From Camelus ferus (lineage: Eukaryota): a stretch of DNA of 64,000 bases. Within the stretch, counting starts at the first letter, position 1; every line of letters begins with the position of its first letter. Shown in pieces: positions 52,163 to 64,000 of this stretch. Where the stretch lies: positions 44,766,001-44,830,000 of the forward strand of contig NC_045697.1 of the NCBI RefSeq assembly GCF_009834535.1, written 5' to 3'. The notes beneath the pieces are model-generated. The model was not told where the DNA came from. It did no database searches and saw only the letters and a list, made by a program, of their open reading frames with translations. The translations under genes were made by a program, and so were the position numbers.

Positions 52163-52516
52163 TGTAATATATATATGATGTCCTGAGAACCAGGGAACTG
52201 CTAGTGTAAGTCCTGGAGTCCAAAGGCCTGAGGAGCAGGAGCTCCAACGTTTAAGGGCAGGAAATGATGGCTATCCCAACTCAAGAAGACAGGGAGTTTG
52301 CTCTTCCTTAGCCTTTACTCCCGTTTGGCGCCCCAACGGATTGGATGATGCCCACCCACATTGGTAAGGGTAGATCTCTTTTCTTCTGTCTCTTAAATCA
52401 AATACCAATCTTTTCCAGAAACACCTTCACAGACATACCCAGAAATAATGTTTTACCAGCTATCTGGGCATCCGCTAGCCAAGTCAAGTTAAGTTGACAT
52501 AAAATTTACCATCACA
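51905..52516 (-). mobile_element. MLT2-type ERVL solo LTR with an internal foreign insert
   Basis: tgtattagtc...ttctccagacaaatagaaccaatagg, and gtcaagttaagttgacataaaatttaccatcaca; 5-bp TSD ccttt/gcttt. Confidence 0.88.
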
Positions 52517-52959
52517 GCTTTCAATCCCTTTTATAAATGGAAGTCTTGTCCTTGAAGTCATGTTTGCTATCATGATTTTGAAGTGAGTACAAAGGCCATA
52601 TTCATGGATGTTTATGGCATTTAATATGGCATAGAAACCCAACTAAATTTCTAAAAATGTAAATAAGCACAAAATTTGTGTGTTTATGTTTTTAAACTGG
52701 GGAATTTAAAGAACTAGTGCAGATCTGCTTTTGGACTAGTTTGAGTAATTTACCAACATTCAGCCTGTTTCCATTATCCCGGCCCACCCACTGGCTCAAT
52801 CAAATTAAGAATTTTAACACCAGGCATTTAAAAGAGAAGCGAAAAGGGAAAAGAGGCTCATTTATTTGTATTCTTCAAAGAGAAAGGCGGGCAGGAATCA
52901 GCACCCATTTCTGTATTTTCCTACTTCTCATCCCAGATTCCCACAATCCTTGGCAGGCA

Positions 52960-53148
52960 AGTGGTCCTCAAGTTGTAGTTAGTGGACCATGTATCTCTTT
53001 GAATTTCCTTAGATGCTCAGTAACACTCACATTCCTAGGAGCCACCTCAGACCTCCTGACTTGGAATTTCCGGAGTTGGGTTTCAGCAAATTGTGTGGTG
53101 AACAGCCCCCTAAATGATCTTTGTGAGCTCTAACATTTGAGAACCAGA
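52960..53148. mobile_element. MER5-type hAT-Charlie element
   Basis: agtggtcctcaag...ccacctcagacctcctgac...aacatttgagaaccag. Confidence 0.65.
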
Positions 53149-53279
53149 CATTTTTCCTTCAGATGTATGTGGTTGACAATGAATGTGAGGATAATGGCCC
53201 CTTTTGATTCAGGATTCAGTTTTGCTGGACCTCCATTTTTGGATTCTTAACTTCTTTAGGGTAGATTAGTCAGGGTCTA

Positions 53280-53665
53280 TGTAATACCAGGTTGCTAGGA
53301 TTACATGATAGAGTGCCACAGACTGGGTGGCTTAACAGAAATTTACTTTCTCGTGGCTCTGGAGGCTAGAAACCCAAATCAAGGTGCCAGCAGAGTTAGT
53401 TTCTGGTGAGGTCTCTTTTCTCGGCTCCAGATGACTGTCTTCTTTGTCTTCACTTGGTTTTTCCTCTATGCTCATGTGCTGTCTGTGTCTTAGTCTCTTC
53501 TCTTCTGAGGACACCAGTCATGTTGGGTTAGGCCTGCCCGTAGAGTCTCATTTTACCTTATTTTACCACTTTATAGGACCTATCTCCAAATATAGTCATA
53601 TTCTAAGATGTTGGGACTTAGTGAGTCAGCATATTAATTTTGGGGGAACAATTCAGCCCACCTCA
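53280..53665 (-). mobile_element. MaLR LTR (MLT1B/C-like)
   Basis: ccacagactgggtggcttaacagaaattta...ctggaggctagaaacccaaatcaaggtg...aacaattcagccc. Confidence 0.85.
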
Positions 53666-53931
53666 ATCTAGACGGATCTCAATACACCATATGAGCACGT
53701 GGGAGATGACCACTGTAGACGTCTTACGGTTTCTTTCCCCACTCCGACTGTCCCCCAGAAGGCAGTGTGCTCCTGCCTGCTCTCTTGGTCTCTCTTCTAA
53801 GGCAGCAGGAAGGAGGGAGAGAGGGACAATGGTAACTTGCTTTTCATTGGCTTTGCTCCTCCTAAGCTCCATTTCTTTGAATGTTCATTGAGAGTCGAAT
53901 TACCATTGGCTCAACTGCTTCAAACGCCTAA

Positions 53932-55328
53932 GCAGCAGTTATCAAAGGAAATCTGAGAAGCCAAAGCTCTTTTCATAATTTGTAGTAAAAACGCATTCTT
54001 TGCTTTTTTTAACCGGATGACATCTCGCACTGACCGCAAGGGCCACGGTGCTTTGGCGTGGATGAAGGCGGTAGCACCAAGCTGCACCAGTAGTCCTTAT
54101 AATTTCACCACCGTGCAACTGTATTGCAGGAAATAAAATGTCACAGTCACTTAAAAATGCCCTTGATGAAGTAGGAAAAATTCTGAAGTTCACTAAATTG
54201 CAACCTTTGAAATTTTAGTATCATCTTTTTAGTATCTTATGTGACAAAATGGGAAGTATTTGTAAAGCACTTCTACTGCATGTAAACATTCAGGAGCTGT
54301 TTTGAAGAAAAGCACTTCTGTGACTGAATTGTCGGCCAAGCTAGCCTCTGTTTTCATGAAGTATCAGTTTAACTTCAAAAGACAAGTGACAGGTGAACTC
54401 TGGTTATTCAGACTCACGTAGCTGGCAGACATGCTCGCAAAAATGAGTGGTGTGAGTCTGTCGCTTCAAGAAAAGCAATTGACAGTCTTTGTTGCCTATG
54501 ATAAAATTCAAGCTTTCAAGTGAAAATTAGAATTTTGGGAAACTTGGGTCTGTTACTGTGAGCTTGCCAGCTTACCAAGAGTTGAAGATTTTTCTGGTGA
54601 GGCTGGTGACTAACAAATATGATTGTTTTTCCATCTTATGTGATGAAATATGTCAATAGTTGGGAAACTTATAACTCACGGAATCACTGTTTTCCAGATA
54701 ACAACCAATGCCTGATGCTATAAAACCAAGTGTGGGTAAAAGATCTATTCAAACTGCAAGATAGAATGACAAATTTTTATATAATAGAGTATAAAAAGTT
54801 CATTGATATAATTTAGATTCGACATAGTAACTAACCTTTAAGAAACTATCAATTGTCAACTTTTGGCGTATTATCAGAGAAAAATATTCACAATTATCTG
54901 AAAAAATTATTACAAATACTCTTCCCTTTTCCAACTACATATCTGAGTGAGGCTGAGTTTTATTCATTTACTTGAACCCAAAACATATCATATCAAAACA
55001 GATTAAATGCAGAAGCAGATATGAGGATCTGTCTTCTATTTAAGCTAAACATCAAAGATTTGAAAAACTGTGAAAGAATACCATCTTCTCACTATTTTTT
55101 TCTGCTTAGGAATATGCATAAAATATGTAAACATTTGTTACTTAATATGTAGTGGGTATATTATTGCTATTTTTAAAATGAATTAATAAATACATTTTAA
55201 AAATTCTCATTTCCAGTTGCTGAGTGAATATTAATGGATATAACCCACATAAACAAAAGCTATTTGGGGGCTCCAATAATTTTTAAGAGGGCAAAGGAAT
55301 CCTGGGATTGAACAGTTTGTGGACTGTA
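53932..55328 (+). mobile_element. Charlie1-type hAT transposon with decayed transposase
   Basis: Translates to KMSQSLKNALDEVGKILKF and LFSILCDKMGSICKALLLH (54135-54283), matching the Charlie/Buster (ZBED5-like) transposase; many stops. Confidence 0.88.
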
Positions 55329-56080
55329 GACTTAGCATTTTTCTAGCTACATTGTAGTAACTGGTTTAGAGTTAACTTTGATTCATAGTACACTTAATGC
55401 CAAAGGTATTCACTATCTGAATGCTCAACACAGTAAGCTTGATTTTTCCCTTTTCTCATTGGGAGAAAAACCATAATGGTATTCTATACCAAAATATTCT
55501 TAACTAATGCTTGCTTTACCTTTCCTAATCCCAAATAAGATTAGATATCATAAAGAAGCTGGAAAAGAAAAAGCCCTCTAGAAAAACTAATGTTTTTGAG
55601 AGCTTTGTTTCTGTCTACTGAAAATGTATTTAAATTAGCAGAGATTAAAATCCGTCCTATTGAAAGGCACTTGGAAATCTTGCCACAAATGTGCCCTTTC
55701 CTTCATTCTGCCTCTATTTTCTCTTTTTCTAATTTATAGAGCATTGTTTTTTCTTTCTTCTCCTTCTTTTCTTTCTGCCTTATCTCTTCTTTTATTCATT
55801 CCCCTCCTCTCCCTTTGCCCGATTATAGCTGGAAGTATTTTCTCATGTGTTGTAGCTTCTGCCAGCATCCTCTAAGAAAGATGCTGAATCAGTAAAAATG
55901 AGCAAGGCATTGACAAAGCGTAAGTGCATCTTTGCCTTCTCAGCGCCCAGATTTAAACAGTCTTCCATTCAGTATGTAAAATTCAGCCCTGGAGTCTATG
56001 CTCTGCTTCTATTTTAGATTTCTAGGGGCTGTGAAGGAAGGTTAGGGGAAAGGATTTTAACTTAAAACTTATACCTTCTA

Positions 56081-56446
56081 TAAGCCAGAAAGAGAAAGAA
56101 AAATACCTTATGAGATTGCTCATATGAGGAATCTAAAAAAAAAAAACCAAAACATAAATACAAAACAGAAACAGACTCATAGACATAGAATACAAACTTG
56201 TGGTTGCCAAGGGGGCGGGGGGTGGGAAGGGACAGACTGGGATTTTAAAATGCAGAATAGATAAACAAGATTATACTGTATAGAACAGGGAAATATATAC
56301 AAGATCTTGTGGTAGCTCACAGCGAAAGAAAAATGTGACAATGAATATATGTATGTTCATGTATAACTGAAAAATTGTGTTCTACACTAGAATTTGATAA
56401 AACATTGTAAAATGACTACTACTCAATAAAAAATGTAAAAAAAAAA
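56081..56446 (+). mobile_element. Young 5'-truncated L1 (same family) with TSD
   Basis: ORF2 end SQKEKEKY, 3'UTR, AATAAA and poly(A); TSD ataccttcta at 56071-56080 and 56449-56458; TT|AAAA endonuclease site at 56062-56067. Confidence 0.95.
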
Positions 56447-57734
56447 GCATACCTTCTAGAAGAAATGACTTCAGAATAAGTTCTATCATTATATTGTGTT
56501 CTTCATAAATTCCTTTCTCATTTTTCCTCTAGTCCAAAAGTCACTCCCGCGTTGGCCTGAAATCAAGCACCAAGCAAAAGGTATGTTTTCTTTCCTGCCT
56601 CTGTGTTATCCCTTAAAAAATAATTATTTTGGTGACTTGTTTTTGGAAGTCAAGGATACACCCAGAAACAAAGTATTTTTTGATTTTCATTTCCTTTGCC
56701 TCCATAATAGCCAAACTGAAATTGGAAAGAGATCCTTGAAATGAAATGGAATGAGAGAGATTCTAGAAACCCAGTGAAAGAATCTGAGCATTTCCCCATG
56801 GCTTACAAGCAATTCTGAAAGCCAAGTCAGAAGCTACTCTCCCAGATTCAGCTCTTTTATTTTCTCAGCCCTTCACAGTGAAGGAATTTGTTCCTATCTC
56901 AGTTCATATTTTTACCAAACTCTCAGCATCTGCTGTGGAAAATGACCCTCACCTATGACCTGTGATGAATTGGCTAAATCATGAGCTCCGTGAGTCAGAA
57001 AAAGTTGGTTTCAATTCCTGATTCTGTCACTCTGCTAGCTATGTGACCTTGGACATATTCGTACAAAGATGATTGTACCTCCTATGTAGTACGTTTTAAG
57101 GATAAAATGAGATAATATATGTGAAAGCACTTATATCCCAGTGCCTAGCATAAAATAGGCAGTTAATAATTTTTTTAATTCTATAATATTTCATTGAAAT
57201 TTTATGTATAAAAACAAAGGAAAATTTGAAATTCCAAAGTGTTAATCCTTGGACACACACGCTATGTTTAAATTATGTTATTTCCTGATGACATAGAGGG
57301 TGGTGAGGTAAAAAGATTTATTAGAATTTGGGAGATGTTTATGCTTAAAATTATGCTTCTCGTGTAGATGTTTGAACTATTTGGAGTACTTGCCTAACCT
57401 CTGAGGATAATGGGATCTTAACTCAGAATACCTTTCTGATGTCAACTGTTAGAGAAAAAACACTTCATGAATGTAAAGCACCTAAGAGGTGTTTAAGGAG
57501 ATTTAAAGAGAGCGTCTGTGAAGGCACCAAGCCCAGTGCCTGAGATCACAGCTATTGTTACTAGAGAAACATCATGTTGATCTGGAAGAAGATGGACAGA
57601 CCTGGGTTCTATGCCAGCTTCAACACTTTGCAGGAAGTCATAGCTGGCATTGAGAGGACAAACCCTGTGCTCCAGGTACAGTTAGGAGCACTTTACAAGG
57701 ATCAACTTGTTAAGTACTCTCCAGTAGGTGTTCT

Positions 57735-58345
57735 TGTGTCCCTCAGGGTCTGTCAGCAGAGTAATCACACCAGCAATTTGAACGGAGACAATTTGAATAT
57801 GAAGAGCTGCTAATTGGTTGTGAAGTTGTTAACTGGGAAATGGAAGGAGTGAAAAGAGAACTCTAAGGTGTGGGTGGGGGTAGCAAGTCCTGGAAGCGGT
57901 TACCACCCCCAGGGCTGAGGGAAGGAAGGAAAGAGTTGGGATTACTAAAACTTCAGAGACACTTAGAGGACGGGCCCCCGCAGAGCTAAAATGCAGATCT
58001 CTGAGGGGGAGGGTGCTGGCCCGCACGCTGTGAAGCTGGTACTACAAGTCCTGGGAACAGTCCAGCCAGATTCAGTGGCTCTGCAGGGAGGAGAGAAGGG
58101 TGGTAGCATTGGGCTGAGGCTCAGAGGAAGCGCGCAGGAAGGAGCAAGTTCATTTTTGCTGCTCCAGCTCCGTAGCACCCTCCCCTCCAGCGCCCCCTAC
58201 TGGTAGAGCCAACAGGAAGCCTGCTAACTAAGCAGGAGTGTCTTGCAGAGTCCCAGACTTAGCATCACAAAGCTGGTTATAAAAACCAAAACAAAACAAA
58301 GTAAAGCTGGTAACAGAAGGATAGGTGTGGAGATGAGAAACTGGT
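57735..58345. mobile_element. LTR41-like ERVL LTR
   Basis: gttaccacccccagggctgaggg...ctccagcgccccctactggtagagcc...gcagagtcccag...agcatcacaaagc matches LTR41 as I recall it. Confidence 0.65.
58188..58206 (-). promoter_or_regulatory. Near-consensus CTCF binding motif
   Basis: Minus strand reads CTACCAGTAGGGGGCGCTG; core consensus is CCASYAGRKGGCRS. Motif match only; binding is not shown. Confidence 0.6.
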
Positions 58346-58413
58346 CCACTTGTGAGCTCCTTTCTGAAGATCAGGAAACTGAGGCACAGATATATTAAGC
58401 TGTGTTTACCCAG

Positions 58414-58718
58414 TGCTAGGGTCTGAATATTTGTTGAACCCTAACCCCTAAAGGGGATAGTATTAGTAGGTGGGGCCTTTGGGAGGTGCCTAGGTCATGA
58501 GAGTGGAGCTCTTATGTATGGGATCAATGCTTTTATAAAAAAGACCCCTTCCACCATGTAAGGACACGGTGAACAGTCTGCAACCCTCACCTGACTATAC
58601 TGGTACCATGATCTGGGGCTTGCAGCCTCCAGAACTGTGAGAAATACATTTCTGTTGTTTATAAGCCACCTAGTCTGTGGTATTTTGTCCTCGCAGCCTG
58701 AAAGGACTAAGTAAGACA
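58414..58718 (+). mobile_element. MLT1A-type MaLR LTR inserted into a MIR
   Basis: tgctagggtctgaatatttg...cagcctccagaactgtgagaaatacatttctgttgtttataagccacc...aagaca; TSD cccag/cccat; MIR halves on both sides. Confidence 0.9.
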
Positions 58719-61349
58719 CCCATCTAGGAAGAGGCAGGGTCAGAACTTAAACCTAAACAGCCTGACTCCAAAGTTCATGCTGTTAACTTTTAGAACAAAT
58801 GACTATAGGCAAACACACTTCTCTAAAGCTTACTTTTAAAATCTGCAAAACAAGGATGATACTCTCTGACTTGTAAGGGTTGTTCTAAGGGTTCCATAAA
58901 CAATATAAATGACGTGCCTGTTATATTTCCTGGCACATAGTCAGTTTTGAACAATACTAGCTCTTACTAAATATGGCATTTTTCTCTCTTTGAGTATAGA
59001 AGAGTATTCATTTGCCTCCGTGAATCTATGTGTAGTTTTGAAAGTATTGCCTTTGCCTTGGGGTGGTTTCATCTCCGATGGGTTGTTTGTTTAGTTGATT
59101 ATCTCTCCAGCTTAGCATAGTTAAGTGTTTCTGTTGGAAGGTGAGCAGCAGAGAGAAGTTCATGCTGGAGCTTGATCAATGGAGGCTTTCTTGACGATGT
59201 CCTGAAAAAATCAGAATTTATCAGGGGCTGCCTCAGGGCACTGAGTTAGCCTTTCACTTTGGGTTTTAAGTGGTGGGGGAAATCATTGAATGTATTCATT
59301 TGCTCTTTAATGCAGTAATCATTTATAGGGCACTTAATTGCAGCAGACATCGTACTAGGCATGGGGGGTGATATAAACAGACATAGGGACCCTACTCTAG
59401 AGACTGATTCTTCCAGCCTAGGGGGGAGTATGATGCAAAAACTCAACTGCTCATTTTCCCTCCCTCCTCCTTATCCTTGACAGGTGTGCATGTGTAAATA
59501 TTTCTTGTTACACAGATATCATGTCATCATGTGGGTAAAATATCTCCTGGGCCCACTATGGAGTCAACTGATATCCAGGGGAGGTTGTATGGGGTGTAGA
59601 GGTGTGAGGGAAGGCAGCTGTCTGTCCTAAAGGACAGACTCATTCATTCACTAGAGAAGAGGTAAGTCTCAGATCAGACACAAGGAATGTGTGGGAGGGG
59701 CTGGGAGGCAGCAACACTAGGAGGCTCCTGGGTCCCTGGCTGTAGGTTGTAAGACGTTTGTGTGCAGGTGTAGGAAGAATTAAGGGCTTCAGGGTGCGGA
59801 CTGTGATGCTGTGTGGGCCCTTTTTCTCTAGAGTGCTCCATAGAGTCGGGGAGACAGCCTGGACTGGGCAGGGCCCTAGAGCCCTGGAAGTAGCTACCTG
59901 GTGGGATCAGGAGCCTCTCCTGGTAAATCAGGCTGTCTTTATGCTTTATCTTTCCTTTGTGTTCATTTTCTTTTTGCTTAAAAGTGCCAAATATCTTGGT
60001 ATCCCGAAGGGAACTAAGGGAAGGGCTTTATGTATGTGTTTTGGTCCGAACTTTAAGGGGAAGCATGGTAGTTGTGGCTTTCAGGGTGCTCATGAGAGAA
60101 CCCCAAGGTTGTAGTCAGGTACTCAAGGTCATACTAGGTCTTGTTGCTTTTTCTATAAGTTCTGGTGAAAATTAAGGAGGTTAGGTTATATTGAGATATG
60201 TTTTATAGGATGTGGGAATATCAAAACCTGTTCTTGACCCCCTCAGCTCAAGGGAATCAGAGGAAAATAGATACACAGAGGGCAAAGACTGGCAAATGAA
60301 TATTCTATTACCCCAGTGGAGAATTTCAGTGAGCTGTGTTGAAATAAATAGCAGACACTTTTGTCTCCTTCCTGCAAAACTTTCTACTCCCCAAGTATCT
60401 TGTCAAGATTAATAACAATATTAATGGTAAAAATAACATGCCATCAACGTTCTGGTTGCTTTGCAAACATTCAGTAGTAGCACTGTTTGCCTTCGATTTT
60501 AATCAAACAGAAAATTGAATTGCCAGAGCCACCAGTTAACAGAGTGTTTTAAATCTTCTTAGTCTCCTGCCCACACATTTCTCTGGTGTTCAATGATCTT
60601 GAGTTTACTACATCCTTGCTTCTATCAAAGCCATCTTCTCAGATCTGAAAAAAATGAATTCACAGTAAGTTACATTTGAATTATATGGCTTAAAGTCTAA
60701 TCTCTCCCAAGAGTATTTGCATTTTAATAGATGACAGAGCTAATGAAATCGAGTTGAAGGGGTGGAATTTCTGGCATTAGAAAACAGGGAACAATTTTTG
60801 GTTGGTAGAAAGATCTTATCCTTGCTCCTAAAATTACATCGTTTACCTGTAAGATTGATTCCGAAGGAGACATTACTGGTTAGATGATCTAGGGTCACAA
60901 ATGTGTGTAGTTGGTAGGGAGTCAGTGATTTGGTTTGTAGCACTGATGCTGGCACTTGTCTGTTCAGCCCACGACCATCCCCTTCCATCCCCATTCTCCA
61001 CCAACGTCCCTGTTACTGAATATAATGTCCCTCTTTCCCACGGAACTGGAAGCTCTCCTCTAAACACAAATCGTGTTTTGTTAATGTTTGTACCTTTCCT
61101 CTACCCCTTTCTTTCTGGCACCAAGTATCTGAGAGCTTCTTACACGCTGATAAGTGTACTGAAAAAAACACCCCATGCCCCATTTACACCTGAGCAGTCC
61201 ATGCTGCAGACAGTAAAGGAGCCCAGTGTTAGCCTCAGCTCCCTGGAGAAGTTTTTAGTTTTTCCTGCTAGACTAAAAGAGGCTCTTGAACTTTTCCCGT
61301 GGTATTATTTTCATTTTCTATTTCTATCCTTATTCTCCATCAGCAGTGT

Positions 61350-61985
61350 TCTTCTGCCCTTCTGATTCCCCCATTCAACTCCCGCCACCCCTGCCCCAGG
61401 AGCGGACTTCCCCTCTGTCAGAATCCTGCACCACGTTGGTGCGTTTGTTAAGACTGGTGAACCTACACTGATGGCCCGTTATCATCCCAAGTCCACAGTT
61501 TATGTTACGGTTCACTCTTAGTGTTGTTCATTCTGTGGGTTTTGATAAATGGATGACACGTATCCACCATTTTCATTTCACTGCCCTGAAAGCCCTCCGT
61601 GCTTTGCCTGTTCATGTCTCCACCCCCAGGCTCTGGCAGCCACTGATCTTTTGAGTCTCCATTGTTTTACCTTTTCCAGAATGTCATGTAGTTGGAATAA
61701 TACAGTATGTAACCTTTTCAGATTGGCTTCTTTCACTTTAGTAATATGCGTTTAACGTTCCTCTGTCTTTTCATGGCTTGACAGCTCATTTCTTTTTAGC
61801 ACTGAACAATATTCCATTGTCTGCCTGTACCACAGTTTGTTTATCCATCCACCTACTGAGTAGATAAAACTGATTGCTTCCAAGTTTTGGCAGAATAAAT
61901 CTGCTCTTAACATCCATGTGCACGTTTTTGTGTGGACAGAAGTTTTCAACTCATTTGAATAAATATTAAGGTGTACGATTGCCAC
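61350..61985 (-). mobile_element. L1MC-type 3' region
   Basis: atcatcccaagtccacagtttatgttacggttcactctt; minus-strand ORF fragment VHTKTCTWM...WINKLWYRQTMEYCSVLKRNEL. Confidence 0.88.
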
Positions 61986-64000
61986 ATCATTTTTTTCTTT
62001 ATCATTTTCTTCTCGCAAATGACCCTCAGCCTTTGCTCTATCGTCCTTAAGTGTCTGCTCCAACTTGTGTATTTTCCCATATGCGCTTCTTGTTGTTGGC
62101 TGAGTCTTTCCTGCATTGAGCCTCTGGCACCCCCAGGAATGATCTGTGCCTCACTTGAAGGAAAATGTAAGGAAAGAGAGAAACTCTATGCAACATTAGT
62201 ACAGAGAAGTTTTTAGTGTAGCCGCTAGATTTGGGCAAGTGAAGAAGGAAAAGCCATAAGCTGCAGTTATAGCACCCAAGAGTTAAATTCTATCTGCCCA
62301 TGCAGTTCTTACTGGTATCAGGAAGAGTAATTTGGGCCTTTTACATCGTTGTGAGGATCTGAACACTGAATCTAGCTTAAGGGGAAGTTAGAAGTCACTG
62401 CTTTCTGGTGGTGACAATTCCCCTTGAAGGTCCTGACAGGAGACAGAGAAGAAATCGGACTCCCTGAAGTGGGGCCCATATTATCTTTCCATCCATGTTA
62501 TCTTTTCATGGCTATGAAAGATGCCCAGTGGCTTTCTAGAAGATGTAGCTTGAATAAAAAAATGACAAAACCAACAAGATGAATTTAAAAGAGATGGAGA
62601 TCATCTCTACAGACCCCCAACAATGGGGACTCTAGGAGAGCCTACTGTTTTTTTTTTTCCCCCAGGAAAACAAACAAACCTGAATTAGCATTTTTATATT
62701 TTGGGTTTTAAAAAATACTATTTTTTTTCTAGAAAGAGGGAAGGTTTTGAGACAAATATTGTTCAAAGGGTCAAATGCCGTGTGTATCAGACTCACTGAC
62801 GCTAACTTTTACAGTCAGCTCATTTCTGAATTCTAGCCATGACAGACCCAGAAGGACAAACTGGGCATTGCAGCAATGTAGGTCAAATTCTGTTGCCATA
62901 AGCTCCAGGGGACTGGCTGTCCAGTGCCTTTTTTTCCCCTTGAACTTGTGTTATATTGAATGGTATTTGGCAAAAATGAGCCCTGGGCGGAGGCTTTGGG
63001 AGAATATCATGGATTTTTAATGTGACAGCATTTGTTAAGTGGGCATCAGAGTCATTTAATTTTTCACTTACTCCTCTTTTCCCGCACCTGTCCTACCTAA
63101 GCTTGTGTCTCTCCGTGTCACATTTCCTTGTGGCCAAGGGTCTCCTTCAGTTCTGTTTCCTCTCCCTTAATTTTCTAGCACCCTGAGACATTCCAGAAAT
63201 AGAATGCATGCTCAGGCTTGCTTTGGTTGCAGCTGAGCATCTCAAACTCAAAAAAAGGAGTCGACTTCAAGGGCAGTGTAGGCCAACAGCTTTAAGAATC
63301 CCTTTCAAAGAGCAGATATATTCGTATAAATCCTGTGGGAGGTGAGGCCCAAGTGGGATTGCTCAAAGCATCCGCCTTGTATTTCTGGAGCAAAGGAAAA
63401 ATAATAATGCCTCCGAGTACAGCTCTCCTTGTTAAATATTAAATGTGGTCCCAGCCCAACTCCCCTGTGGTTCTCTGAGTTTGGGTGGGTCTCTTCAGGC
63501 TGGTCCTCTAATGGGCTGTTCTCGCCTGTGAGTTAGACCCAGTTTTTCAGAATGACAGTCATTCTACAAGGAGAGCCAATGAGCTTAAACCTAATAGGAG
63601 GTAGAGACGAGGTGAGATTTTTCTGGGAAATGTCATAAAGGATCTATAATAATGCAATTTCTTCTCTTAACAGAATGAAATATTAGCTCTGAAAAGTTCG
63701 TGGCACTTCAGCTTAGAAAAGTCGGTCTGTGTACCCTTGTGTCAGGCTGTTTTGAAGTCAAAACTTTGATTTTTGTGTTCACGGCTTTCTCTAAGTGGCC
63801 TTTTAGTTTAACTAAAACAAAGAAGGTGTTTTGATTTGCATAAATCAAAATCTTCCATGCTTCAGAAATGCTCTAGATAGGATTTCAGAAGGAAAGAATG
63901 AAAATGTATACTTTTCTCCCTTTCCTTGTAATAAAGATGATTCTCTTTGCGGAGGTTGGAAAGTCACAGTTCAGATATGTTTTGCTTTGTCCATTTGAGT

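Noticed and set aside
60901..61365. 154-aa ORF with hydrophobic ends (membrane-protein-like)
   Set aside because: Hydrophobicity follows from T-rich DNA; it overlaps probable L3 and L1 fragments; no homology recognised.

Overview
Mammalian (eutherian) genomic DNA, most likely a camelid. The evidence is a tRNA-Ala-derived SINE at 13406-13525 resembling the camelid vic-1 family, and three young copies of one L1 family with target-site duplications (TSDs). The window is CpG-poor and dominated by interspersed repeats: MIR, L2, L3/CR1, old and young L1, MaLR/ERVL/ERV1 LTRs, and hAT-Charlie and TcMar-Tigger elements. I cannot identify any protein-coding gene by name; there are only weak exon candidates (best: 2260-2302, 10367-10607 and 23720-23903). 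There is no rRNA, true tRNA, CRISPR array or prokaryotic system. The most informative observations are: (1) a fossil ERV1 envelope gene on the minus strand (about 33750-34730) that still shows the SU C-terminal motif, an RKRR furin site, the immunosuppressive domain, a CX6CC remnant, a membrane anchor and a tail, followed by its 3' LTR; (2) a ~112-bp inverted copy of nearby sequence inserted into the (TA)n tract of an MLT2 LTR, which looks like a templated-insertion repair scar; (3) a near-consensus CTCF motif inside an LTR41-like element. Repeat family names come from my recollection of consensus sequences and need RepeatMasker/Dfam confirmation. I found no convincing new biological system.
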